A stretch of 64,000 bases of DNA from Octopus bimaculoides (GCF_001194135.2 NC_068982.1:63706908-63770907), one strand, 5' to 3'. Counted from the stretch's first letter, positions 11,818 to 24,503 are shown. Notes: generated from the sequence alone by a model not told the origin. Made by a program: numbers and translations.

Positions 11818-12695
11818 CTAGGTTTGATCAATAAGTATCCGGACTGTTGACATAGTAACAAAGCTAAAGCACGCGGGGTAAAGCTGTTTCGTACAGATAG
11901 ACCTTAATCTTTGTTGTGCATGCGTACTAAGTTTTAATGCTCTAGCTTACTTCTGCTGTAAACAGCAGTGCTTGGAAGGAAGGTGTGTAGCGCGTGATCG
12001 TCACAATGACCATGACAGGAAGTTGTCAAGGTAATACCTGCTCAGAGGCCCACGCAAAGCTGCAGAAAGTGTATGGAGAGGAGTGTATGAGCTGCACACA
12101 AGTGTACGTGTGGTTCAGACGTTTCCAAGATGGCGAGAAAATGTCGATATTGACGAACGTTCTGGGAGACCCGCAACCAGAAGAACTGAGAAAATTATTG
12201 CAGATGTGCGTGCAGCTGTGACAGGAAATCGTCAAATTACCATCTATGAGGTATCAGATTGGTTACTGTTCAGTTCAGTCCATTATCACTGAAAATTTGG
12301 GTATGAGACGCGTGTCTGCCACGTTTATTCCAAAACTGCTTTCAGCTGACTAAAAAGACACTCAGGTTTCAGTTGCACAAGATCTCCTTGATTGTGTCGA
12401 GAACGATAAAAACTTTTTGAAAATTTTGCATAGCCCTTTGAGCAGGTATGGCCAAGCTTTTGGCAAATTTTGATGTAGATTCTCTGCTCAATTTTATGTC
12501 ATGGTCGATGCGACGATCACACGCTATACACCTTCCTTCCAAGCACTGCTTTAAACAGTGGAAATGAGCTAGAATGATAAGACTTAGTGCGCATGCACAG
12601 CAGAGTTCAAGGTCAATCTGTGCCACACGGCTTTACTCTCCGTGCTTTAGCTTTGTTACTATAGCAGCAGTCCGGATTCTTATTGATCAGACAAC

Positions 12696-12696
<1 letters not shown>
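11818..12696 (+). mobile_element. Internally deleted mariner-type element with ~185 bp TIRs and TA TSD
   Basis: TIRs 11818-12004 and 12510-12696 (gatcaataag[t/a]atccggactg...tagtaacaaagctaaagcacg); TA on both sides. The frameshifted N-terminus EAHAKLQKVYGEECMSCTQVYVWFRRFQDG/RENVDIDERSGRP...LGMRRVSATFIPKLL is present and the catalytic domain is absent. Confidence 0.92.
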
Positions 12697-12733
<37 letters not shown>

Positions 12734-13455
12734 NNNNNNNNNNNNNNNNNNNNNNNNNNNNNNNNNNNNNNNNNNNNNNNNNNNNNNNNNNNNNNNNNNN
12801 NNNNNNNNNNNNNNNNNNNNNNNNNNNNNNNNNNNNNNNNNNNNNNNNNNNNNNNNNNNNNNNNNNNNNNNNNNNNNNNNNNNNNNNNNNNNNNNNNNNN
12901 NNNNNNNNNNNNNNNNNNNNNNNNNNNNNNNNNNNNNNNNNNNNNNNNNNNNNNNNNNNNNNNNNNNNNNNNNNNNNNNNNNNNNNNNNNNNNNNNNNNN
13001 NNNNNNNNNNNNNNNNNNNNNNNNNNNNNNNNNNNNNNNNNNNNNNNNNNNNNNNNNNNNNNNNNNNNNNNNNNNNNNNNNNNNNNNNNNNNNNNNNNNN
13101 NNNNNNNNNNNNNNNNNNNNNNNNNNNNNNNNNNNNNNNNNNNNNNNNNNNNNNNNNNNNNNNNNNNNNNNNNNNNNNNNNNNNNNNNNNNNNNNNNNNN
13201 NNNNNNNNNNNNNNNNNNNNNNNNNNNNNNNNNNNNNNNNNNNNNNNNNNNNNNNNNNNNNNNNNNNNNNNNNNNNNNNNNNNNNNNNNNNNNNNNNNNN
13301 NNNNNNNNNNNNNNNNNNNNNNNNNNNNNNNNNNNNNNNNNNNNNNNNNNNNNNNNNNNNNNNNNNNNNNNNNNNNNNNNNNNNNNNNNNNNNNNNNNNN
13401 NNNNNNNNNNNNNNNNNNNNNNNNNNNNNNNNNNNNNNNNNNNNNNNNNNNNNNN

Positions 13456-13499
<44 letters not shown>

Positions 13500-14308
13500 G
13501 TATCATCATATCTTTTTTAATAAGTTAAGCTTTACTTATCCAGGATTCACTGGTTCGGTAGCTCTGTTGGTTCAGGAAGGTGATTTGACTGAAGCAGGAT
13601 CTACGTTTCGGCAGCAGTAACACAACCAACGCCTCATACGCTTTATTTTTGTTGGTGGGTGTTGCATTATGGCTACAGATAATACCTTTTCATTGATACA
13701 TATACACTTTGTAAATGCCAAGCAAGTTATACAAGTTGTGGTTGCTAGATTCAGAATATGTTCGTTTATCACCTCAGTTCTACACATCACAGATGCCGAC
13801 CCAAATATCTCGTAAAATATATCACATTCTCTAGGTGTAGACAACCAAAATATTGTTTTAATTCAAATAACATATAGAAACATAAATATATTTTAAATGT
13901 GGATTTATAGTCAAAATTAATTGGTTAATAATGTATTACTTTGTTGTATAATTCTTACATAGTGTTTTAGCAGTACTTATAGGAGCATTCTTCTACTTAT
14001 TTTATTAATCTACTAATTTTTATCTCGCAGTACAGAAGACTTGTGCTGAAAGAAGTCAAGTATAAGTTATACATATGTACGATGTGTAGATATGATATGT
14101 GTATTAATCTAACTTTTTTGTTTTACTGGAAAATCTACAACTCAGAGAATTGTCTGTTTCCAAAGCTGCCGGATAAGTGATGTTTCGTTTCTTCTTTTCC
14201 CTTTAGCTGCGTTCAAATCTTCAACAAGAATTGCGTGAAAGACAGAGAAATAGGAAATGTGAGTTAGAAACTGATTTAAAAAATTATTTCATACAAGATA
14301 ATCTAATG

Positions 14309-14930
14309 TTATGTTGAGTTTACCAAATAGCTTGTGGCTTTATTAAATTTTATGAACATTAGACAAAAATAGAATGGCTTTCTGATCGATTCAGTTTCGT
14401 ACACAAGCAATTTGTAAGTATTCTTGCAATGAATACTAATGATCTGTCTGGGACTATTTGAGAGATGTAAAAAAATGTAAGATCTTACACTACTAGTTGT
14501 TTGATGATCAATCTGAAAGAAGATACGATTAATTTGTATTATCTTTGATTTACATATATTATGTCTGTCCTTGAGGGCACTATGACTGCCGTTTCTAGTG
14601 TTACTTGTTAACAGAAACATGTCTGGTTGAGACGATGTTACCGCCACCTCTTCCGGAAAGACAAGGCTTCCTTTCAAGTTTACGTGGATCTCCTAATCAG
14701 AGGCGTTGTGCAATTCGAAAACTGAGTCCCCACAGTTGTAATTTGAGCTAGATACCTTATCATTTTCGCTTAGGAATTTGACATTTTGAGTAGTGATGTT
14801 TATAGTTTATTGACTTTAACTTTTTGCAAGTCGCTTCCACGTGTATCGTCCTTCTCGCAATACCTTAGGATACACGGTTAAAATAAGTTTCAAGTTGTTT
14901 AACATTACGGCAAATCACAATTAGGCACAG
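14309..14930 (-). mobile_element. Degraded HERO-like (R2 superclade) non-LTR retrotransposon, CCHC plus REL region
   Basis: Minus strand reads LKLILTVYPKVLREGRYTW (cf. LxHILxGCPxxLxxGRYxWRH), then FPEEVAVTSSQPDMFL (cf. PEIAVTSLRPDIVL). It may extend to about 15330. Confidence 0.65.
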
Positions 14931-15471
14931 TCCGATGAGAATTTGAGTATCAACCTTAGCGACATCTAGTAAGGTGGTGCACCCAGGAAGTTCAAATCTA
15001 TTATGAAAGTTTACCAGGCATTCTAAAATGTCATTTATGGGGGGGGGGAGTAAAAGCTGGGAATTCCCGTAGTCGAAATAGCAGGCAGTGCCAAATCATA
15101 GAGCTGAAGAAAGACCAAAAGCTAATGAAAAAGTGTGTAAAACGTTAATGACGAAGAAAAAGTAATCTTAAGCCACCTGACACAGTGTTAAGGTGACCCC
15201 AGAAAAGATATTCCACTGAGAAATAAGCCTTGACATCTACCAAAGTTCAAATCATACACTTTTTCAGCCTTGGACCATCTGCCACATTTAGAAGATCTAC
15301 AAACTCTACCGACTGCTCCTGATGAGATTCTGGAAACTTTTACAAACACTATATCAGAAAACTCAGGAACTCTGGCTCTGGATATTATTCACGCGTTCTT
15401 TGTCCCAGAGAAATTTAATTCATCGTGATTTCACATTATTCGGGACATCTGCAAAATCGATGTCTCTGCTA

Positions 15472-17720
15472 TCTATACTATAATGGAGAAAGCTGCTTAT
15501 TAATTAGGTATGTAACAATTACTAAAAGTACTAAAAGAAAGCAATATTAAAAGCTTGACCGTCTGGAAAAAACTTTTATAAATTTATGTTCTTAGAAATT
15601 TCCTATAATTTCGATTTCTGAAGTTTATTGAATTTTTTTAACTCCAAATTCTCGCAAATTTAAATATTCATTGCATTCATTGCGTCCGATTCTTCATAAA
15701 TTTAAATACTCATTGCACTCACTATGGAGTAAATTTTGATGTTTAATAATAAACACTATTAATTCGTTGCAGGCAACATTTTACGTTTTTATTTGCAACA
15801 GTCGCTCATTCTCGCTCGCCTCTATTTTTTATTAATGATATTCTAATAATACCTATATAACTTTGATACGAGACACAATTTCAAGAATATTATCAATTTC
15901 CGGAGTTTATTAAATGAATATTTTTGATAAAATTAAATTTTTTTAATATACCGGCATAATTTGTAAGTGGTTTTGAGTTGAATTAATGCATGTTATTAGG
16001 AAAAAATAGCTGTATAACTTTGATACGAGGCACAGTTTCAAAAATATTATCAGTTTCCGAAGTTCCTTAAATAAATAGTTTTGATAAAAATGAATTTTTT
16101 TTTAATATACCGCTATAATTTTTTGCTTTTTAAATGAAGAAGTGATTTTGTTGGTATGGCTACTTTGGAACGCTATAAGCCTTACAATAATAACTATGTG
16201 ATCGCAGCTATTTCTAGCACGTTAAACAAGATAGTTTTTAACGAGCTTTCACTTATACGATTTTTTCTTTCATGCTTACACAAAATAGCTGTATAACTTT
16301 GATACGAGGCACAATTTCAAGAATATTATCAGTTTCCGAAGTTTTTCAAATGAATATTTTTGATAAAATGATTTTTTTTTAATATACCTATNNNNNNNNN
16401 NATATCTTTTTTTAATGAAGAAGTGATTTTGTGGTATGGCTACTTGGAACGTTCTAAGCCTTACAATAATAACTATGTGATCGCTGCTATTTCTAGCACG
16501 CTAAACAAGATACTTTTTAACGAGCTTTCATTTATATATAATATGCGACTGAAAAAGAAAATTTAGCAGCAAAGGCACAACGGCGGAGAGAAAGACGGGC
16601 AACTGAATCGGATGAAACCAGGGCAAAGCGACTAAAACAGATATCTGAATATGCACGGCGATGTGGACATGATTCTGTTTCCGCTACACATGACCGACTG
16701 GTTAGGGTATCTCGAGAGGAGAATATTCTACTTCAAAATAATGGTGTCAGATTACAAATTGAGATCTTTTCTTTACGATGATGTGAAAGTAGTAGAGCTG
16801 ACAACCAATCTAAGACTTCTTACAGAAGGTCATTCTGATGAAAGAGAGTTTGCTAATTACCTTCTTGATGTAGGAAATAGTAACATTTCTGTTGAACAAA
16901 GCCTAGGCTAATTCAAAATCAAACTACCCAATGACATTTGCCTTGAAAGTAGTACTCTTCAGATCTATGTGGTTTTGTATATGCTGACTTCAAAACTGTA
17001 TATGCTGACTTCACAAACCCTGTGTGGCTTGCAAATACAACCATTATTACCCCAACAAATGAAGCAGCACAATCTGTGAATAATTTTCTGTTGACCAAGA
17101 TCCCTAGTAAACTAAAACTATACAGGATCTCAGATACAGTTGATAATGAAACTTTGTACCCAATTGTGTTCATCAACAAACTTACACCATCAAGTTTTCC
17201 ACCAAACATTCTCAAACTGAAGAAAAAATGATGCATAATGCTTCTAAAAAATTTAGATGTTACTAATGGCACACGCTACATCATTGTCAGTTTACATGAT
17301 CATGCTATTGAGGCTGAGGCTACTTCTGGTCCTTATTCAGGATCAACTCAGCTAATCCCAAGAAATGGAATTGCCATTCATATTTACACGCAAACTATTT
17401 CCTGTCAAGCCAACTTTTGCCTTGACGTGCGACAAGGCACAGGGACAGACTTTTGAACAAATTGGAATATACTTTCCGACACAATTCTTCTCACATGGTC
17501 AGCTGTATGTTGCATTATCTAGAGTTCGAAAGAAGACTAGTGTGAAAAATATTGGCTGAGAGAAATGGAAACAGTATGATTACTGATAATTGTGTCTACA
17601 AGGAGATACTACATTAAAGCAAAATATGCGTCTTAGAAAGTTTCAGTAAATAGAATTAACACATAAATTATATGTAAAGTAACAAATATTTGTGTAGAAT
17701 TAAATTGTCTTGTCATATTT
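15472..17720 (+). mobile_element. Helitron, internally deleted (charged N-terminus joined to Pif1 helicase C-terminus)
   Basis: 5' end A|TCTATACTATAAT at 15472; subterminal tandem repeats at 15856-16530; AKAQRRRERRATESDETRAKRL N-terminus; helicase motifs TPTNEAAQSVN, IMLLKNLDVTNGTR, FPVKPTFALTCDKAQGQTF, FSHGQLYVALSRV, ...NCVYKEIL*. The 3' hairpin and CTRR end were not identified. Confidence 0.9.
16770..17607 (+). pseudogene. Pif1-family helicase domain of Helitron RepHel, frameshifted
   Basis: ORFs 16651-16911, 17022-17231, 17238-17456 and 17365-17559 are consecutive pieces of the helicase C-terminal half. Confidence 0.9.
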
Positions 17721-17863
17721 CAACACATGCCGAATGAATGATATCGTTATATTAGATCATTTTAAACTTGGGTAAATTTGAAAAACGCCATTCCCATGTG
17801 TTCTCACAGCACCAGACATTTGTGTGTCGCGGGGTGTATCCATCCATCCATCCATCTAATTAG

Positions 17864-17925
<62 letters not shown>

Positions 17926-18242
17926 GTCTGTCTGTCTATGCACACCTATGTAAGTTCTACCAATTATTAATGATAAGTATATGTAACAGATTGACTCTTT
18001 CAAAAAGAAAAATTATGACTGTGATAAAACAATGAAAGCCATATTTACTAAAGCAATTGAAGACTATAATTACACGTAAAATATCATAAGAATTATTAGA
18101 ATTGGGAATCAAATGTGAAAATATTATCGACATCTAAAATGTCAAATAATTCAATAAAATGATCGGCATTTTCAGAATTATGAGAGAAAACGGGGAAAGG
18201 TATGTATTAATCTTAACGGGAAAGTGCATGAGAGGGGAAAAG

Positions 18243-18323
<81 letters not shown>

Positions 18324-18410
18324 TTTACTGGGAACTAGAAAGAGAAACGCGAAGATAGAAAGATATAGGGAGGATCGAGGAAGACATCAGATGAATATAT
18401 TCATGTATCT

Positions 18411-18762
18411 TTTACCTTTTCTTTGTTTCAGTCATTTGATTGCGGCCATGCTAGAGCACCGCCTTGAAGGATTTTTAATCGAAGAAATCGACACCAAGAC
18501 TTATATTTTTAAGTTACGGGAACGTAAACACGCCAACACCGGTTGCCAAGCGGTTGGGGGGACAAATTAGACACAAGCACACACACCCACTCTTTCACAC
18601 GCACACACACATATATATGTATATATACATGACAGGCTTCTTGCAGTTTCCATCTATCAAATCCACTCAGAAGGCTTTTGTTCGCCCAAGGCTATTTTAC
18701 AAGACACCTGCCCATAGTGTCACGCAGTGCGACTGAATCTCTTACCACACAGCCACGCCTGT
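18411..18762 (-). mobile_element. SINE family A, diverged near-full copy
   Basis: gtttcagtcatttgattgcggccatgctagagcaccgcc tail region through cttaccacacagccacgcct head. Confidence 0.85.
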
Positions 18763-18780
18763 ATGGTAATTTTTTAAATT

Positions 18781-18981
18781 TTTCATCTTTTACTTCTTTC
18801 AGTCAATAGATTGCGGCCATGCTGTGGCGTCGCCTTGGAGAGTTTTAGTCGAACGAACCGACACCAGTAGATTTTTTTTTAAGCCTGATATTTACTCTAT
18901 CAGAATCTTTTACCGAACCGCTATGTATACATGTAAATTTGTGGTGGACAAACACTGATGCAAAGATACACACACACGCAC
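18781..18981 (-). mobile_element. SINE family A, 3' half running into a gap
   Basis: ttcagtcaatagattgcggccatgctg...ccgaaccgcta. Confidence 0.8.
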
Positions 18982-19074
18982 ANNNNNNNNNNNNNNNNNN
19001 NNNNNNNNNNNNNNNNNNNNNNNNNNNNNNNNNNNNNNNNNNNNNNNNNNNNNNNNNNNNNNNNNNNNNNNNNN

Positions 19075-19109
<35 letters not shown>

Positions 19110-19436
19110 GCATACATGTAAGTATATAAAACGAACAGATATTTGAGTTACATCACAGAATTTGTTAAATACCGACATTGATTTCTCTTAAAAAGGAACA
19201 TTGTAAAAGGTACGACTCAAAGCAATAGTCTGTATTTATCCAGACTACTTCAACCTTAGCTTCGACTGATGTTTAAAGTTTTAATACATGTCCTTCTGTA
19301 CATTATTAAAACTTGTCAAATAGAAATGAAATAACTTGAAGGATATAGCGTTTAAGTCTACTTTCTTGCTCACCCGTTACACAAGCGCAAACATACAAAT
19401 ATCACATATATATATTATACCTACACACATATACGT

Positions 19437-19789
19437 GGAGGTGCAATAGCCCAGTGGTGAGGGCAGCGGACTCACCATCGTAGGATTGTTGTGAGAGTTT
19501 ATTGAGTGAAAACACCAAAAGTTCCACGAGGCTCTAGCTGGGCGGGGGGCGAAGCCTGCTGTACTCTTTCACCACAACCTTCTCTCACACTTTCTTCCTG
19601 TTTCTGTTGCACTTGTATTTCAAAGGGCCAGCCTTGTCACACTCTGTCACGCTGGATTTCCCCGAGAACTACATTAAGGGTACAGGTGTTTGTGGAATGC
19701 TCAACCAATTGCGTGTTAATTTCACGAGCAGGCTGTTCTGTTGATCAGGTCAACTGGAATCCTCGTTGTCGTAACCGACGGAGTGCCAC
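19437..19789 (+). mobile_element. tRNA-derived SINE family C
   Basis: Head ggaggtgcaatagcccagtggtgagggcagcggactc (A-box-like; B-box region deleted); its body segment is shared with 60364-60558. Confidence 0.75.
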
Positions 19790-21574
19790 GATACACACAT
19801 ATATATTCATATATTCATATGTATATTTATATATACACACATNNNNNNNNNNNNNNNNNNNNNNNNNNNNNNNNNNNNNNNNNNNNNNNNNNNNNNNNNN
19901 NNNNNNNNNNNNNNNNNNNNNNNNNNNNNNNNNNNNNNNNNNNNNNNNNNNNNNNNNNNNNNNNNNNNNNNNNNNNNNNNNNNNNNNNNNNNNNNNNNNN
20001 NNNNNNNNNNNNNNNNNNNNNNNNNNNNNNNNNNNNNNNNNNNNNNNNNNNNNNNNNNNNNNNNNNNNNNNNNNNNNNNNNNNNNNNNNNNNNNNNNNNN
20101 NNNNNNNNNNNNNNNNNNNNNNNNNNNNNNNNNNNNNNNNNNNNNNNNNNNNNNNNNNNNNNNNNNNNNNNNNNNNNNNNNNNNNNNNNNNNNNNNNNNN
20201 NNNNNNNNNNNNNNNNNNNNNNNNNNNNNNNNNNNNNNNNNNNNNNNNNNNNNNNNNNNNNNNNNNNNNNNNNNNATATATATATATGATACACACGCAT
20301 ATGTGTGCGCGTGTGTATAAATATATAAATGCACATATATATTTATTTATTTATTTGTGTGCGTGTATGTATGTGTGTGTGTGAGTGTGTGTGTGTGGGC
20401 GCACGCGCGTGTCTGTGTATGTATGGATGGATGGATAGATGGAGGGAAGGAGGGAGGGATATATGTATGTACGTACGTATATACATGCATGGATACATTC
20501 ATGCATGCATACATACATTTATACTTAGATACATACATACATACATACATGCATGCATACATACATGCATAAATACATACATACATACATACATACATAC
20601 ATACATACATCATTTTTTATACATACTTTTCTGAGAAACGGAATCGTGAGTAAAAGTAGTAACTGATAAAGTTTCGACTATTTATGCTTGTAAGACGATA
20701 TATTTGTGTTATGTATAATAAATCTGTGTACGTATGACTGGTGTAAGACTGTTTTCAAAGGTATTGGTTTCTAGATAACACTCATTATGTATATTTCTTG
20801 TAATAGCTCAAGTGTGTTGAAGATAATGTCCATTAATACTAACTAGGATCTATCTGATAGAAAGAATAAAATATTTTAGAAGACTTTTAAACTAAACATT
20901 AATCAATTTGATGAACGAGTTTTCTCTGAACTTTTGAAAAGCTATATGTAAAAAGAAGTCACTTCGTATAAAATAAAGGAAAGATATTGTGAATTTAAAA
21001 TGTTCATTCTGTTATTTATATGTTTCCTTGTGACGATAATTTCTTCCAGAAAATAACCGATAATGAATTTCATTCTCTAACGTCAGATAACATTAAAAAC
21101 TGAATGTGCTGAATGAAGTAATATTGCATATTACCACCATGCCTCTTAACACAGTTGCATTAGATTATCGATACAACGTGCCAAAGAATCACTTATAGTA
21201 TATATGGCCAAATAATTTCAAAAGGTCATAAAGACGCTTATTTTATATTTAAATATGTGTGCGTGCGTGTACCTATAAAAATATGTACAGTAGAAAGTAC
21301 ACAATGTACGGCGAATGTAGAGGAAAAGGGTACATTCGTTAGATAAAACTGACATTCATGTGATGATCAAGGCTTTTAGTAAATACTATTGAGTATGTCG
21401 AGTTAAAATGAAACATGAATAGCAAGAAAAGATACAGCTACAGTCAATAAGTAAATTATTCAATAAGAAATTACTCAGCATACAATTTCGGCTTAAACAG
21501 AACATACTGAAGCAAAAGCGTACATAACGAACAATAAGCAATCCAATCTCTATGCACCGTGAGCAGTTTCCATA

Positions 21575-21708
21575 TATTGGTTTAAAATTTTGGCACAAGG
21601 CCAACAACTTCGGGAAAGAGATAAGTTCGTTACATCGACTCTAGTGATCAACTGGTACTTATTTTATTAACCCCGAGGGAAGGAATGCAAACTCGACCTC
21701 GGCAGAAT
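21575..21708 (-). mobile_element. CORE-type SINE, 5' truncated
   Basis: aaattttggcacaaggcc...caactggtacttattttattaaccccg...ctcgacctcggcagaat. Confidence 0.75.
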
Positions 21709-21823
21709 AACAGTCTCCATATATTCATTGCAAAACTTCTTATCTACACCGTTGAAGACATTTTACAAAATCAATGTACAGTGATTCACATTGTTGTCAA
21801 TCTTCATTTCATATATATATATA

Positions 21824-22668
21824 CAGGGTGCGGTGAATAAATTATCGTCTATACTACGCAAAAATGAAAATAACACTGACATCTCCTTTTAACAGATATA
21901 TTTACCAAAATTACATAAAAATATCTTGAAGTACTAGAGTAAATTTATACACTAAAATCACCATTGGCTTCAACCACGGCTTCCAGACGACTTCAGAATC
22001 TCTTGCGACTCTTCTGGGCGGTCTCTTGTCCAAGTTGGTCAATGCTGTCATAATCCTTACATTCAGTTCGTCTTTGGTGCTACAAGAAGTTTTGTTGGTC
22101 TCTCGCTCAACGCACCCCACACATAATGATCAAGCGGGGTGATGTGGTCGCAGAGATTGTCTGACAGCCATGAATGGGTTCTCCTGCTTGCATGGCATTG
22201 TGCAGAGTCCTGTTGCCAGAAATAGGGTCTTCCAGCAGCTGCCCTGTTGACCCAGTGCAGCACTACTTCCTCCAGGCACTTGATGTAGGCTTCCGTGTTG
22301 AGTTTGAGGCCGTGTGGGAAGATGAATGGATGCATAATGTCGCCATCACTAGTGATCACTCTGAACGCCATGATATTGACTGGGTGTTTGATTTTTATCA
22401 TTCTCGGTACATGTCTTCGGATTGCACTGTTCTCAGATTGACACACAAACACTCTGAAATATTCGTATTGGAGCTTTCGGCTCGAATGCCAAGCGGTGCA
22501 GTATGTCGGTTCTAAATTTCTGGCAGAGTGAATTGCGTCGCGGTGCTATTTTTCTCAGAGTCGGTGCTCAACAGAACTTACAAGACTATGTCGTCGACAA
22601 AATCAAAAACAAAGCGCTTGCGTGAAATTAAAAATATAAAATGGCGATAATTTACCCATCGCACACTG
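21824..22668 (-). mobile_element. maT/DD37D-type Tc1/mariner element, internally deleted, both TIRs and TA TSD
   Basis: TIRs cagggtgcggtgaataaattatcgtc and ggcgataatttacccatcgcacactg. Protein pieces KHPVNIMAFRVITSDGDIMHPFIFPHGLKLNTEAYIKCLEEV...RPYFWQQDSAQCH...PLDHYVWGA. Confidence 0.93.
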
Positions 22669-22680
22669 TATATTTATATA

Positions 22681-23173
22681 TAGAGAGGGTAAGAGAAGAG
22701 AGAAAAGGAAGAGAGAAGAGAGAGGGGGAGAGAAGAGAGATAGAAGATAGAGGGAGAGAGAGAAGAGAGAAAGGGAGAGAGAGGAGAGAGAGAGAAAGGG
22801 AGAGAGAGAAGAGAGAGAGAAAGGGAGAGAGAGAAGAGAGAGANNNNNNNNNNNNNNNNNNNNNNNNNNNNNNNNNNNNNNNNNNNNNNNNNNNNNNNNN
22901 NNNNNNNNNNNNNNNNNNNNNNNNNNNNNNNNNNNNNNNNNNNNNNNNNNNNNNNNNNNNNNNNNNNNNNNNNNNNNNNNNNNNNNNNNNNNNNNNNNNN
23001 NNNNNNNNNNNNNNNNNNNNNNNNNNNNNNNNNNNNNNNNNNNNNNNNNNNNNNNNNNNNNNNNNNNNNNNNNNNNNNNNNNNNNNGAGAGAGAGAGAGA
23101 AGAGAAAGAGGGAGAGAGAGAGAGAAGAGAAAGAGGGAGAGAGAGAGAGAAGAGAAAGAGGGAGAGAGAGAGA
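22681..23173. repeat. Purine-rich (GA)n low-complexity tract spanning a gap
   Basis: Directly visible. Confidence 0.95.
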
Positions 23174-23649
23174 GTTTGTGTATATCAAAATCATGCTAAT
23201 TATGTCCATATGCTTCCTTCTCTGTATACACCTCCCGATGCATATTAAAGTGATCCTCAGACATATTCTCTCACTGGAGCGTTCTGGATGTATTTTTCAC
23301 TATCTTTATAAAACAGTTCTTATTTTTCGTTTATGTATAAAGTAGCTGCTTCTTTCATTTGTCGACATTCTCGATTTATATAACTGTTTGTCATATTATT
23401 TATATTGTATGGCTAAAGAACTATATAGTTCAACAGCGGCAAACAAGGCGAAGAGTTACTGAAACACCAAATTTCTTTATGTGAAATATTTCAGGTCCAT
23501 TCTTCCCGTTTGTTTAATTGGCATAAACTTATAGTCATACCACCGGCTACACACCGACATATTGTGCACGCTCAGTGTTTAGATATAATGCATATGAACT
23601 AACTAGGTCCATCTGCAATTATGTACGAGATATTTATATACTATATTTA

Positions 23650-24438
23650 CTAGCAGTAATACCCGTCGTTGATCGGTAATTACTTTTACTGTTTCTCGGG
23701 CCGAGAAGCTAGAAAATTGAGTATATCATATAGAAGAATAGATTTACTGGATCCATTTGTCACTGTTCCTTTCGACGTTAGAATAGGTGGTATGCCAAAG
23801 GAGAATTGAAAGTTTCAGTTTGAGCGTGAATGAAGCTTGACGAATAGCTATACCATATAGAAGAATAGCTTTACGGAATCCAGGTGACTGTGCGATGGCC
23901 CTGAGAAGGCCACAGGTGAAGTGGAAGACCCAGGAGTAGGCCACAGGTTAACTGGAGGACGGTTTCTTTTGACATTTGAATAGGCCGTATGCCTAAGGAG
24001 AATTGAAAGATTCGGTTTGGAATCTAAACCAGAATGAGACTACGACTACAGATTTAGGTTTACTCGTCTTGTATGGGTGCATTATATAAGAGACAAACGT
24101 AATAACTGAAGTAGAAGAAAGATGGATTTCATATACGAATTTCTGTTTGTTCTTCAAGTTTTAATCCAGCAACTTTTAGTGTTTGGTCCTGAGTTTTATT
24201 AATGCTCATGCCAAAAGAAACAGTAACCGTTTAAATTTGAATGGGACATTAGATGGTATACCTGGTATGTTAGGAACGAAGACGGGGTCACGTTTACCAC
24301 AAGCAGTGAGAAATATTTGTCTCAATGCAGTTCCTCATAGCTTTGTGCACAATTAGTGTTCTACCATTGCATAATTTTGGATAAGCAAATGAACAAACAC
24401 ACAAACGGACAGAATCTCTCTGTTATATAATAATAAGA
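23650..24438 (-). mobile_element. Non-autonomous Helitron
   Basis: Minus-strand 3' end: imperfect hairpin (plus-strand acccgtcgttgatcggt), then tattactgCTAG|T. Minus-strand 5' end TCTTATTATTATATAACAGAGAG; no coding capacity. Confidence 0.75.
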
Positions 24439-24445
24439 ATATTAA

Positions 24446-24503
<58 letters not shown>

